Counted from the stretch's first letter, positions 9,908 through 19,384 are shown. The stretch: 56,233 bases of DNA from Thermodesulfovibrionales bacterium (GCA_919901585.1 CAKKPH010000085.1:1-56233); one strand, 5' to 3'. Numbers and translations are program-made. Notes: generated from the sequence alone by a model not told the origin.

Positions 9908-11011
9908 ATGGGAACGATACGCGTTGCGATCGCAGGCGTCGGAAACTGTGCAAGCTCACTGGTTCAGGGAGTAAATTACTATAGAGAGCTCGGAGAAGAC
10001 CATCCGGACAGGTCTCTGGGCCTCATGCATTACGACATCGGTGGCTATAAGCTGCATGATATCGATTTTGTTGCAGCCTTTGACATCGATAAAAGAAAAA
10101 CAGGAAGGCCACTTTCTGAGGCTGTGTTTGCGAAACCAAACATCACTAAGGTCTTTAATCCGGACCTGCCTGACTATCCCGTCAAGGTCGAGATGGGAAC
10201 AGTGCTTGACGGTGTAGCCCCGCATATGAAGGACTTTCCTGAGGACAGAAGGTTCATCGTCTCTGACAGAAAGCCGTGCAATGTTGTACAGGTCTTAAAA
10301 AAATCAGGGGCTGACATCCTTATCAGCTATATGCCTGTCGGCGCAGTGAAGGCGACCGAACATTATGCTGAGGCCTGTCTGAAGGCTGGCGTAGGTTTTA
10401 TAAATTGTATCCCTGTCTTTATAGCCTCTGACAAGTCCTGGGCAAGGCGTTTTGAAGAAAGGCGCATCCCTGTAATAGGTGATGATATCAAGAGTCAGAT
10501 CGGTGCAACGATCATCCACAGGACCCTGACCCGGCTCTTTGAAGACAGGGGCGTGAAATTTGACAGCACTTACCAGCTCAACGTAGGCGGCAATACGGAT
10601 TTCCTTAACATGCTCAACCGCAGCCGCCTTAAGCTAAAAAAGATATCCAAGACAGAGGCTGTCCAGTCCCAGATGAACAGCCCGCTAAACAGCGAAAGCA
10701 TTCATATCGGCCCTTCTGATTATATCCCATGGCTCCATGACAACAAGGTCTGTTTCCTCAGGATGGAAGGAAGGATCTTCGGCAATATCCCCATAAATCT
10801 CGAGATGAGGCTTTCTGTGGAAGACTCTCCCAACAGCGCAGGGGTCGTCATCGATGCAGTCAGATGCTGCAAGCTCGCTCTCGACCGCAGGACAGGAGGT
10901 GTTCTGTTATCTCCGTCTGCATATTTCATGAAGCACCCCATAAAACAGTTCTCTGACGAGACAGCGAGGGAGATGCTCAATGAGTTTATCTCAGGCAACA
11001 GGGAGAGATAG
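9908..11011 (+). CDS. ino1: Inositol-3-phosphate synthase (myo-inositol-1-phosphate synthase, short bacterial/archaeal type)
   Basis: 367 aa. The N-terminal NAD-binding motif RVAIAGVGNCASSLVQGVNYY is typical of actinobacterial/archaeal-type MIPS. Confidence 0.85.
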   Translation: MGTIRVAIAGVGNCASSLVQGVNYYRELGEDHPDRSLGLMHYDIGGYKLHDIDFVAAFDIDKRKTGRPLSEAVFAKPNITKVFNPDLPDYPVKVEMGTVLDGVAPHMKDFPEDRRFIVSDRKPCNVVQVLKKSGADILISYMPVGAVKATEHYAEACLKAGVGFINCIPVFIASDKSWARRFEERRIPVIGDDIKSQIGATIIHRTLTRLFEDRGVKFDSTYQLNVGGNTDFLNMLNRSRLKLKKISKTEAVQSQMNSPLNSESIHIGPSDYIPWLHDNKVCFLRMEGRIFGNIPINLEMRLSVEDSPNSAGVVIDAVRCCKLALDRRTGGVLLSPSAYFMKHPIKQFSDETAREMLNEFISGNRER

Positions 11012-11022
11012 GAGGTAACGTT

Positions 11023-11229
11023 ATGACAGAGATCGCATTAAAAGTCGATGGCATGAGCTGCCGGCACTGCGTCATGAGGATCAAAAAGGCTCTTGATTCC
11101 CTGAAAGGCGTCATCTCCGCTGATGTGGCTATCGGGCTTGTTAAAGTCAAATTTGACGCTTCAGTTATCAGAAAAGAGGATATCGGAAAGGCTATTGAAA
11201 ATTCAGGCTACAAGGTAACCGGCGGTTAA
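11023..11229 (+). CDS. copZ: Heavy-metal-associated (HMA) domain metallochaperone, CopZ-like
   Basis: 68 aa with the GMSCRHC (M-x-C-x2-C) metal-binding motif and a ferredoxin-like fold pattern. Confidence 0.85.
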   Translation: MTEIALKVDGMSCRHCVMRIKKALDSLKGVISADVAIGLVKVKFDASVIRKEDIGKAIENSGYKVTGG

Positions 11230-11252
11230 CAACAGAGTGCTGCATAATTACC

Positions 11253-13310
11253 TTAGGCCCCTCTCAAGGCACCTCCGGTTCTCTTGACAAGGGTTTCCAC
11301 AATATCCCTATGGACAGACTCTATCTCAAGGTCGGTCAATGTCCTGTCCTTTGCCCTGTACCGTATATTAAAGGCAAGACTCTTCATGCCGTCAGGGATG
11401 TTTTTGCCCTTGTAAGAATCGAAGATAACTGCTTCTTCAATCAAGTCCGATTTATAGTTCCTGATAAGGTCTATGACATCTCCTGCCCTGAGAGACTCAT
11501 CAACGATCATTGCTATGTCCCTCTCGATATAGGGGTATCTTGGTATAGGAGTGTATACCATCGCATCCGGGATCAGAGACATAAGCATATCGAGGTCGGT
11601 CTCGAGCATAACCACCTCAGGTTTTGAGAGCTTAAGAGAGAGAGCTTCTGTTATATCTGGGTGCAGCACACCGATATAACCGGCCTTCTTCCCTGACAGG
11701 TATATATCAGATGACTTGCCTTTATGCAGGAACATCTCGGACGATGGCTGAAACCTGACATCTTCAATTTTTAATTCCTTAATGACAGCCTCAAGCGCAC
11801 CTTTTACAGTATATAAATCCGGAGCGTCCTCTTTCCAGAGGACTGGCGACTTATCCCTCAGGTATATAGCTCCGAGATGGTGCACTTCATGAGGCAGGGG
11901 TTCTCCTGATGCAGTGAATACCCTCGCTGTTTCAAAAAGTCTTACATCCCTGATGCCCATAGAAACATTATGAACGAGATTCCGGATAAGCGAAGGTGTT
12001 ATGGTTGTCCTCAGGTGTGACTCCTCAACATTAAGGGGGTTTCTCAGGACAACCGTCTTCCTGCGCGGGTCATCCTGACTTATGTTCAGCAGGTCGAGCA
12101 TAGAATAGTTCATAAAGCTGTAGTTAACGACCTCGGAGAAACCGGACCTCCTCAGAGACTCTTTAATAAGCGACATATACGAATAGTGCTTGCTCTTCCT
12201 GCCTCCGGACACAGGGACCCTCGGCACTGTAACAGGTATCCTATCATAGCCGTGGAACCTCGCAATCTCCTCTACTATGTCAATCTCGTTCTTCACGTCT
12301 GTTCTAAAAGATGGCGCTGTTGCAAAAAAACAGTCGGCCGCCTTTTCGACACCGAAACCGAGTCTCTTCATTATGCCTGTCATCTCATCCTCTGACAGTG
12401 CAGTGCCGAGTGTCCTGTTTATCTTCTGATACCTTGCCTTTATCTTCTTGGAATCATACGGTCTGGGATATGCATCCACCCTTTTTGATACAGTCCCGCC
12501 TGTTATGCGTGCAATCAGCCCTGCAGCCCTGTCGAGCGCCTTTACGAGGCCTTCTATATCTGTTCCCCTCTCAAACCTGTACGAGGCCTCGGTCTTCAAT
12601 CCGAGTGTCCTTGACGTCCTCCTTATGGATGACGGATAAAAATATGCGCTCTCGAGAAATACGTTCTTTGTCTTCCCGCTCACCTCTGTATCAGCACCGC
12701 CCATGACTCCTGCTATCGCAACAGGCCTTGCCGAATCCCATATTAGCAGGGCATTTTCAGAGAGATCGCGATCAACGCCGTCGAGTGTCTTTATCTTGCT
12801 GCCTGCTGAAGCCCTCGCAACCCGTATGGCCCTGGCATTCAGCGTGTCCATATCAAAGGCGTGAAGCGGATGTCCCATTTCGAGAAGCATATAGTTTGTT
12901 ATATCGACTATATTGTTTATGGGTCTCATGCCGCACTTCTCTATCCTCTTTTTTATCCAGTCAGGCGAATCTGCTGTTTTAACGCCTATTATTGCCCTTC
13001 CGGCATACCTTTGGCAAAGGTCGTCGTCAATAATCCCGACATTCACCTCACAAGGTCCGCCCTCTTCCCCTATATCAGATTCAGGCATCTTAAGAGGCAG
13101 GTCCAAAAGCGCTGCCAGCTCCCTTGCTATTCCGATGATACTCAGGCAATCCGGCCTGTTAGGGGTCACATTAACCTCGAGCACAGTGTCGCCGTCAATT
13201 TCTTCAGAAGCCTCTACCTCAAGCCCTACCATAGTCAGCTTCATGCTGACCTCGCCTGCACTCAGGTCAAAATCGAGAAACTCTCTTAACCATTCTATCG
13301 GGATACGCAT
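11253..13310 (-). CDS. pheT: Phenylalanine--tRNA ligase beta subunit (short form lacking the B2/OB tRNA-binding domain)
   Basis: 685 aa. The N-terminus MRIPIEWLREF...GLEVE runs directly into NVTPNRPDCLSIIGIAREL. B3/4, B5 and the C-terminal FDX-ACB domain are present. It lies downstream of pheS. Confidence 0.95.
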   Translation of the reverse strand: MRIPIEWLREFLDFDLSAGEVSMKLTMVGLEVEASEEIDGDTVLEVNVTPNRPDCLSIIGIARELAALLDLPLKMPESDIGEEGGPCEVNVGIIDDDLCQRYAGRAIIGVKTADSPDWIKKRIEKCGMRPINNIVDITNYMLLEMGHPLHAFDMDTLNARAIRVARASAGSKIKTLDGVDRDLSENALLIWDSARPVAIAGVMGGADTEVSGKTKNVFLESAYFYPSSIRRTSRTLGLKTEASYRFERGTDIEGLVKALDRAAGLIARITGGTVSKRVDAYPRPYDSKKIKARYQKINRTLGTALSEDEMTGIMKRLGFGVEKAADCFFATAPSFRTDVKNEIDIVEEIARFHGYDRIPVTVPRVPVSGGRKSKHYSYMSLIKESLRRSGFSEVVNYSFMNYSMLDLLNISQDDPRRKTVVLRNPLNVEESHLRTTITPSLIRNLVHNVSMGIRDVRLFETARVFTASGEPLPHEVHHLGAIYLRDKSPVLWKEDAPDLYTVKGALEAVIKELKIEDVRFQPSSEMFLHKGKSSDIYLSGKKAGYIGVLHPDITEALSLKLSKPEVVMLETDLDMLMSLIPDAMVYTPIPRYPYIERDIAMIVDESLRAGDVIDLIRNYKSDLIEEAVIFDSYKGKNIPDGMKSLAFNIRYRAKDRTLTDLEIESVHRDIVETLVKRTGGALRGA

Positions 13311-13318
13311 ATTATCAC

Positions 13319-14332
13319 CTAAAATTGCCTAAGGAACCTGATATCGTTCTCGAAAAACATCCTTAAATCATCAATCGAGTACTTAAGCATTGTTATCCTC
13401 TCAACGCCCATCCCGAAGGCAAAGCCTGTATAGGCATCAGGGTCATAACCGGCCATCTCGAATACCCTCGGGTTTACCATTCCGGCTCCGAGCACCTCTA
13501 TCCATCCGGAACCTTTGCAGACCCTGCAGCCTGTGCCGCCGCAGAGTATGCAGCCTATATCGACCTCAGCGCTCGGCTCGGTAAAAGGGAAATAGCTCGG
13601 TCTGAACCTCACAGGCACATCCTTATCAAATATACGGCGGACAAAGACCTCAAGTATTCCCTTAAGGTCGCTGAAAGATATGTCAGTGTCAACCATCAGT
13701 CCCTCAACCTGATGAAACATGGGCGTGTGAGAGACATCTGCATCACACCTGTATACCTTGCCGGGTGCTATGAAACTGAGGGGCGGTTTCTTCTTCTCCA
13801 TCACCCTGACCTGAACAGGCGAGGTATGGGTCCTCAGGAGGACATCATCGTTTATGTAGAATGTGTCCTGCATGTCTCGCGCAGGATGGTCTTTCGGTAT
13901 ATTTAAAGCCTCGAAATTATAGTAGTCCTGCTCGACTTCCGGTCCAACCTCTATATCGAAACCCATGCTTACGAATATATCAATAATCTCTTTCAACACC
14001 CTGTTTATCGGGTGGACACTGCCTGCTGCTGTATATTTGCCTGGCAGTGTGATATCAAGCGCTTCAGACGCAAGCTTTTTGTCCAGCTCTATCCTCTTAA
14101 GAAAGCGCTCCCTCGCATCCGTCTCATTTTCGATAAATACCTTTACTTCATTGACAAGCCTTCCGAAGGCAGGCCTCTCGCTTTCTGAAACTGTCGAAAG
14201 TGATTTCAGCTTTGCAGTCAGGATACCCTTTTTGCCGAGGTATTTTATCCTTATCTGCTGAAGGTCATATAATGAGCCTGCTGCGGCCAGCTCATGTATG
14301 AATCTGTTTTTTATTTCCTGTATATCCAGCAT
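13319..14332 (-). CDS. pheS: Phenylalanine--tRNA ligase alpha subunit
   Basis: Class II motifs HPARDMQDTFY, FRPSYFPFTEPS and GFAFGMGVERI. The start at 14332 (MLDIQEIKNRF...YLGKKG) is preferred over the ORF-track start at 14377. Confidence 0.93.
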   Translation of the reverse strand: MLDIQEIKNRFIHELAAAGSLYDLQQIRIKYLGKKGILTAKLKSLSTVSESERPAFGRLVNEVKVFIENETDARERFLKRIELDKKLASEALDITLPGKYTAAGSVHPINRVLKEIIDIFVSMGFDIEVGPEVEQDYYNFEALNIPKDHPARDMQDTFYINDDVLLRTHTSPVQVRVMEKKKPPLSFIAPGKVYRCDADVSHTPMFHQVEGLMVDTDISFSDLKGILEVFVRRIFDKDVPVRFRPSYFPFTEPSAEVDIGCILCGGTGCRVCKGSGWIEVLGAGMVNPRVFEMAGYDPDAYTGFAFGMGVERITMLKYSIDDLRMFFENDIRFLRQF

Positions 14333-14411
14333 TATCTTCCCGGTGAGTTTAAAGGTTGGAGGGCAGTCAGGGTGCATCTGTAATGGACACTGACTGCCGG
14401 TTGCTGTTTAT

Positions 14412-14771
14412 CTAAGATGCAAGCTTCTGCTTTACTGTCTCTGCAATCCGGGTGAAGGCAGCAGGGTCATTGTATGCAATATGGGCAAGCGCCTTTCTAT
14501 CGAGACCAATCTGCGCCTTTTTAAGGCCTGATATTAACTGGCTGTAGGTCAAGCCCGCAGCCCTTGCAGCAGCGTTGATCCTTATAATCCAGAGGGACCT
14601 GAATTCTCTTTTCTTTGCCTTCCTGTCCCTGTAGGCATACTGAAGTGCCTTATCAACAGCCTCAGTAGCTATCCTGTAGAGGCGGCTCTTGGCGCCGTAA
14701 TAACCCTTTGCCTTTTCAAGGATCTTCTTTCTCCTTCTCCTTGTCTTGAATCCACCTTTTGCTCTCGGCAT
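14412..14771 (-). CDS. rplT: 50S ribosomal protein L20
   Basis: 119 aa starting [18 protein letters not shown]..., in the conserved operon position. Confidence 0.97.
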   Translation of the reverse strand: MPRAKGGFKTRRRRKKILEKAKGYYGAKSRLYRIATEAVDKALQYAYRDRKAKKREFRSLWIIRINAAARAAGLTYSQLISGLKKAQIGLDRKALAHIAYNDPAAFTRIAETVKQKLAS

Positions 14772-14840
14772 CTATCTGTCCTCCTTAATCCTTTGGTTTT
14801 GCGAATGTTTAATTCAACAGTTGTCTTGCTGCCGGCATCC

Positions 14841-15038
14841 TTATGAATACGGCAGAAGGCTCTTTATGTTTTTTGAATCGACCTTGGCAACGAGTGTTGC
14901 AGTCCTAAGGCGCCTTGTCCTCTTGGAGGGCTTGCCAGTGAGGATATGGCTCTTGTTTGCCCTGCTCCGTTTTACCTTGCCGCCTCCTGTAATACTGAAT
15001 CTCTTTGCTGCTCCTTTATGTGTCTTAAGTTTCGGCAT
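14841..15038 (-). CDS. rpmI: 50S ribosomal protein L35
   Basis: 65 aa starting [14 protein letters not shown]. Confidence 0.97.
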   Translation of the reverse strand: MPKLKTHKGAAKRFSITGGGKVKRSRANKSHILTGKPSKRTRRLRTATLVAKVDSKNIKSLLPYS

Positions 15039-15091
15039 AAAAAATCTCCTTCTTAAAATTTAATCTATATCAATGGTTACTAAAGTTTTCT

Positions 15092-15604
15092 TTATTTCAC
15101 GCCCGGGCCTATAACCATCGTTATATGATTCCCTTCAAGTTTGGGCGTATGCTCTACACTGAATTTACCTTCAAGCAACTGAGTCAGTTTTTCGAATACC
15201 TTCATGCCGAGGTCCGTCCTTGCCATCTCCCTTCCCCTGAAGAACATTATGACCTTAGCCTTGTTGCCGTCATCGAGGAAACGCCTTATGTTTCTAACCT
15301 TAAGCTGAAGGTCATGGTCTCCTATCTGTGGTCTGATCTTTATCTCTTTTACGTCTATAGTCTTCTTGGCTGTGTGTTTTTTGCTAAGCTGGTATTTGTA
15401 CTTGCCAAAATCCATTATTTTGCATACAGGAGGCGCTGAATTGGGCGCTACCTCTACAAGATCAAATCCCCTTTCCTCTGCCAGCTTTAACGCGTCCCTC
15501 GTCGGGATAACACCAACCTGTGCGCCGTCAACATCGATCAACCTGACTGACTTTGCCTGAATCCTGTAGTTAATCCTTATCTCCTTGCCTATCTCCTTAC
15601 TTAT
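15092..15604 (-). CDS. infC: Translation initiation factor IF-3, probably initiating at a non-canonical ATA codon
   Basis: IF-3 N- and C-domains are present. The conserved N-terminal segment I-S-K-E-I-G-K-E-I-R-I-N-Y-R-I-Q-A-K-S-V-R-L-I-D is in frame upstream of the ORF-track TTG start. ATA at 15604-15602 follows a GGAGGTGA SD that overlaps the thrS stop. Confidence 0.85.
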   Translation of the reverse strand: MSKEIGKEIRINYRIQAKSVRLIDVDGAQVGVIPTRDALKLAEERGFDLVEVAPNSAPPVCKIMDFGKYKYQLSKKHTAKKTIDVKEIKIRPQIGDHDLQLKVRNIRRFLDDGNKAKVIMFFRGREMARTDLGMKVFEKLTQLLEGKFSVEHTPKLEGNHITMVIGPGVK

Positions 15605-15608
15605 ACTA

Positions 15609-17378
15609 TCACCTCCTGAGTTTAATATCCTCTCTTAACATATCCAAAAACTGAGCCTCTGTCATCGAACCGAGGTTGTCTCCATTACGCTTTCTCACAG
15701 AGAGCCCGCCTTCCGAAACCTCTTTGTCGCCTATTATAACCAAATATGACATTTTTCTGATAGTGGCTTCCCTTATTTTATGCCCTATCTTCTCATTGTC
15801 AAGATTCGACTCTGTTCTTATGCCTTCTGTCTTGAGTCTTGAAGCAAGGCTCAGGGCATAATCAGCATGCCTTTCTGCAATTGTGAGCACCGCAACCTGC
15901 ACGGGGGCGAGCCAGACAGGAAATGCGCCTGCATGGTGCTCAATTAGTATACCAAAAAACCTCTCGAGAGAACCCATCAATGCCCTATGGATCATAATGG
16001 GAGCATGGTCTTTGCCGTCACTGGCCCTGTAAGCGATATCGAACCTCTCAGGGTTATTGAAATCAACCTGAATGGTGCTGCATTGCCATGCCCTCTTAAG
16101 CGAATCCTTTACCTTTATATCAATCTTGGGGCCGTAGAATACACCCTCACCCGGGTCTATAGCATAAGCAAGGCCTTTAGAATCGAGCGCATGCTTCAGT
16201 GCATGAGTGGAGCGTTCCCAGTTCTCAGTCGTCCCTACATATTTATCGGGCCTTGTAGAGAGATAGACATCGTATTCTGTAAAGCCGAAGGTCTTCAGCA
16301 CAAAGAGGGTAAAATCGAGGACCCTCATTATCTCGTCTTCGATCTGGTCTTCCCTGCAGAATATATGGGCATCATCCTGAGTAAATCCCCTCACCCTCAT
16401 AAGGCCGTGCAAAACGCCTGAGCGCTCATATCTGTAAACAGTCCCGAGCTCTGCGTATCTTACAGGAAGCTCCCTGTAACTCCTGAGTGAGCTCTTGTAA
16501 ACCTGAATATGGAAGGGGCAGTTCATCGGCTTTAGCTCGTACTCTATGTTGTCTATCTCCATCGGGGAATACATGTTCTCCCTGTAGAAATCGAGGTGTC
16601 CGCTCCTCTGCCAAAGGTTAAGCCTTGCTATATGGGGCGTATAGAGTATTTTGTAATCAGCCTTCGCGTGTTCATTCCTCCAGAAGTCCTCTATCTCCTT
16701 CCTGATCACTGCACCGTTCGGATGCCAGAGGATAAGTCCGGGCCCTATCTCATCATTTATGCTGAAGAGGTCGAGGTCCTTTCCGAGCCTCCTGTGGTCC
16801 CTCTTCTTAACCTCTTCAAGGAATGAGAGGTAATCCTTCAGATCCTTTTCATTCGAATAGGCAGTGCCGTATATACGCTGGAGCATCTTGTTCTTCTCGC
16901 TCCCCCTCCAGTATGCACCGGCAATACTCAAAAGCTTGAATGCCTTTATAACGCCTGCAGAAGGCAGATGCGGCCCCCTGCATAAATCAACAAAACCGCC
17001 TTCCTCATAAACCGAGACCTCATCATCTGCTATCTCTTCAAGCAACTCAACTTTATATGACTCACCCATCTTTCTGAACAGGTCTATTGCATCAGCCTTT
17101 TTCAGGACCTTCCTTATAAACCGGCTGTCGTCCTTGATTATCTCCTTCATCTTCCCTTCGATCCTCTCAAGGTCTTCAGGAGTCAATGGCCTCTCAAGGT
17201 CAAAGTCATAATAAAAACCATCTTCTGTGGCAGGGCCAATGGCGAGCTTTGCGTCAGGAAAGAGCATCTTGACAGCATGAGCCATCACATGCGAAGTGCT
17301 GTGCCTGTATATATCCTTCTCTTCCTTTGTATCAGAAACGATATTTCGAGCCAAAGTCTTCTCTCCAGTTCCCTTCAT
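15609..17378 (-). CDS. thrS: Threonine--tRNA ligase (N-terminally short, TGS domain largely absent)
   Basis: 589 aa with the editing-domain motif RHSTSHVMAHAV and class II catalytic motifs (YRELPVRYAELGTVYRYERSG, GFTQDDAHIFC), plus an anticodon-binding domain. An in-frame TAA sits immediately 5' of the ATG. Confidence 0.95.
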   Translation of the reverse strand: MKGTGEKTLARNIVSDTKEEKDIYRHSTSHVMAHAVKMLFPDAKLAIGPATEDGFYYDFDLERPLTPEDLERIEGKMKEIIKDDSRFIRKVLKKADAIDLFRKMGESYKVELLEEIADDEVSVYEEGGFVDLCRGPHLPSAGVIKAFKLLSIAGAYWRGSEKNKMLQRIYGTAYSNEKDLKDYLSFLEEVKKRDHRRLGKDLDLFSINDEIGPGLILWHPNGAVIRKEIEDFWRNEHAKADYKILYTPHIARLNLWQRSGHLDFYRENMYSPMEIDNIEYELKPMNCPFHIQVYKSSLRSYRELPVRYAELGTVYRYERSGVLHGLMRVRGFTQDDAHIFCREDQIEDEIMRVLDFTLFVLKTFGFTEYDVYLSTRPDKYVGTTENWERSTHALKHALDSKGLAYAIDPGEGVFYGPKIDIKVKDSLKRAWQCSTIQVDFNNPERFDIAYRASDGKDHAPIMIHRALMGSLERFFGILIEHHAGAFPVWLAPVQVAVLTIAERHADYALSLASRLKTEGIRTESNLDNEKIGHKIREATIRKMSYLVIIGDKEVSEGGLSVRKRNGDNLGSMTEAQFLDMLREDIKLRR

Positions 17379-17452
17379 TTACAGAATATCCTTGATGCCC
17401 TTGATAGATTTTTATTTATACACGGGACCCTCAACAAATCAAATAGGGCATA

Positions 17453-17458
17453 TTATAC
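17453..17458 (-). promoter_or_regulatory. Candidate -10 element (TGTATAAT on the minus strand) upstream of thrS
   Basis: The reverse complement of 17453-17458 is TATAAT, preceded by TG, about 75 nt upstream of the thrS ATG. There is no convincing -35 element. Confidence 0.3.
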
Positions 17459-17548
17459 ATAATTTCTTTCTTATATTTCACAAAAAGTTAAAGGAAACAA
17501 CCGGCTAAAAAGATGAGCTAAACACAGTGACCGGCCTAATATTTGGCC

Positions 17549-18322
17549 TCAGGGTATCTGCAATGAATCTAGTATGCCGAATAACCCCCTGACAGACCCT
17601 GCATCATCAGGGAGCTCCATCAAAGGCCTGCCTTCAAGGTCAAACCTGAAGACCATTTCGTCCTGAGGTACAATGCCTGCTACAGAAAGGCCTTTCTCTT
17701 CTGCCGTTTTCTTCAGCAGGTCTCCTTCCTGTCCGGACACCCTGTTGATTATCAGAACCTTCCTGTCGACTTCGAGCTGGAGTTCGTCCACGAGGTCGCT
17801 TATCCTCTTCCCCGTCATAATACCCTTTGCAGTCGGGTCACTCACAATCATAAGCAGGTCGACCTTATGTGTAGTCCTCCTGCTCAGGTGCTCCATACCG
17901 GCCTCATTGTCTATGACAACATACGGATAAGTCTCTGAGAGCCTGTCAGTGTATTTGCGGATAATGTTGTTTGCAGCGCAGTAACAACCAGCGCCCTCAG
18001 GCCTGCCCATTACCATCAGGTCAACACCCCTTGATTCAATGATAGACTGCTGCACCTGATAATCGAATAACTGCTCCATGTTCATGCCTCCTGGCCTCTC
18101 TCCACCGCTCCTTATGGTCTCGAGAGACTTCTCCCTGAGCTTCCCTATTGTGGTATGCACATGGACGCCGAGCGCCTCATTCAGGCACGAATTGCTGTCA
18201 GCATCAACAGCAAGCACAGGGCCCTGCCGGTTATTCACCAGATAACGCACTGTCAGAGCTGCAACGCTCGTCTTGCCTGTGCCGCCTTTTCCTGCAAGCG
18301 CAATAACATAAGCCATAGTCAT
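17549..18322 (-). CDS. cooC: CooC/AcsF-family nickel-insertion ATPase (CO dehydrogenase maturation factor-like)
   Basis: 257 aa with the deviant Walker A LAGKGGTGKTS and the CooC-type C-x-C metal motif GAGCYCAANN. No CODH gene is in the window. Confidence 0.75.
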   Translation of the reverse strand: MTMAYVIALAGKGGTGKTSVAALTVRYLVNNRQGPVLAVDADSNSCLNEALGVHVHTTIGKLREKSLETIRSGGERPGGMNMEQLFDYQVQQSIIESRGVDLMVMGRPEGAGCYCAANNIIRKYTDRLSETYPYVVIDNEAGMEHLSRRTTHKVDLLMIVSDPTAKGIMTGKRISDLVDELQLEVDRKVLIINRVSGQEGDLLKKTAEEKGLSVAGIVPQDEMVFRFDLEGRPLMELPDDAGSVRGLFGILDSLQIP

Positions 18323-18355
18323 TTATTATACACTAATGAACTTACTGCAATGAAC

Positions 18356-19375
18356 TTACTGCCGATCAGGGACAATAGCAACCTTTAATGATTCCGCGCC
18401 TTCCGAGACAAGACTGAATCCCTGCTGAATATCAGAGAGGTGGATCTTGTGTGTTATCATCTTCCGCACATTCACTGAACCGTTCTCAATGAGGTCCAGA
18501 GCCTTCTTTAGGTCATCCGGTGCAGCACCGTAAGAAAATGCCACTGTTATCTCGTCCCTCCAGAACCTCACTGACGGCAGTGGAATGTCATCATTTGGAA
18601 CAGCAAAAAAAAGTATCCTGCCCCTTCTATCTACAGAAGAGAGCCCGGCTTCGACCGCCTGTTTAGCTCCGGCACACACAATAACCCGCTCAGCGAGCCT
18701 CCCCTGATTAAGGTCTTTCAGTCTGCCGGCGGAATAATCAGATGCATGAAGCGCATGATCAGCGCCGAATTCGAGCGCCATGTTCAGCCGGTATTTATTA
18801 ATATCAGTTGCGATGACTGTTGCCCCGAGTAATTTTGCCATCCGGATCTGCAACAACCCTGAGATGCCGGAGCCTATTATCAGGACTGTTTGCCCTTTTT
18901 TAAGTCCGAGATTTTTCTGGGCGAGGAACACACACGCCAAAGGCTCGACCATCACAGCATCTTCACAGCTTATGCCTGCCGGCAGCAGAAATGTCCCGAA
19001 CTCCACATTCTCTCTGGGCACCCGTATGTACTCAGAAAAACCTCCGGGCTCGTAATTTCCGGTGTGGAGGGATTCACAGGCAGTATAATTACCATCCTCA
19101 CAATAGTGACACCTGTAGCACGGGACATGGTGCGATACAAATACCCTGTCGCCTTCCCTGAACCTTTCAACGCCGGCACCAACCTCAACAACCTCGCCTG
19201 CCATCTCATGCCCGAGAACGCGCGGGGCCTTTTTAATCCTGTACCACTCCATTACATCAGTCCCGCAGATCCCGCAGGCCCTCATCTTCACGAGCATCTC
19301 ACCCTTGCCTATACGGGGGATAGGGCGCTCCTCTATCCGTATATCACTATTGCTGTAGTAGACTGCGACTTTCAC
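18356..19375 (-). CDS. Zinc-dependent medium-chain alcohol/polyol dehydrogenase (threonine/sorbitol dehydrogenase-like)
   Basis: 339 aa with GICGTDVMEW, GHEMAGEVVEVG, a structural-Zn Cys cluster (CYRCHYCEDGNYTAC) and the Rossmann motif IIGSGISG. Confidence 0.85.
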   Translation of the reverse strand: MKVAVYYSNSDIRIEERPIPRIGKGEMLVKMRACGICGTDVMEWYRIKKAPRVLGHEMAGEVVEVGAGVERFREGDRVFVSHHVPCYRCHYCEDGNYTACESLHTGNYEPGGFSEYIRVPRENVEFGTFLLPAGISCEDAVMVEPLACVFLAQKNLGLKKGQTVLIIGSGISGLLQIRMAKLLGATVIATDINKYRLNMALEFGADHALHASDYSAGRLKDLNQGRLAERVIVCAGAKQAVEAGLSSVDRRGRILFFAVPNDDIPLPSVRFWRDEITVAFSYGAAPDDLKKALDLIENGSVNVRKMITHKIHLSDIQQGFSLVSEGAESLKVAIVPDRQ

Positions 19376-19384
19376 CGGCAGGGA

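Noticed and set aside
17379-17548. T-box or operator-type leader upstream of thrS
   Set aside because: I could not identify a specifier loop with a T-box consensus, or a tRNA-Thr anticodon-arm mimic. I found only a candidate -10 box and a short GGCC palindrome. The evidence is insufficient.
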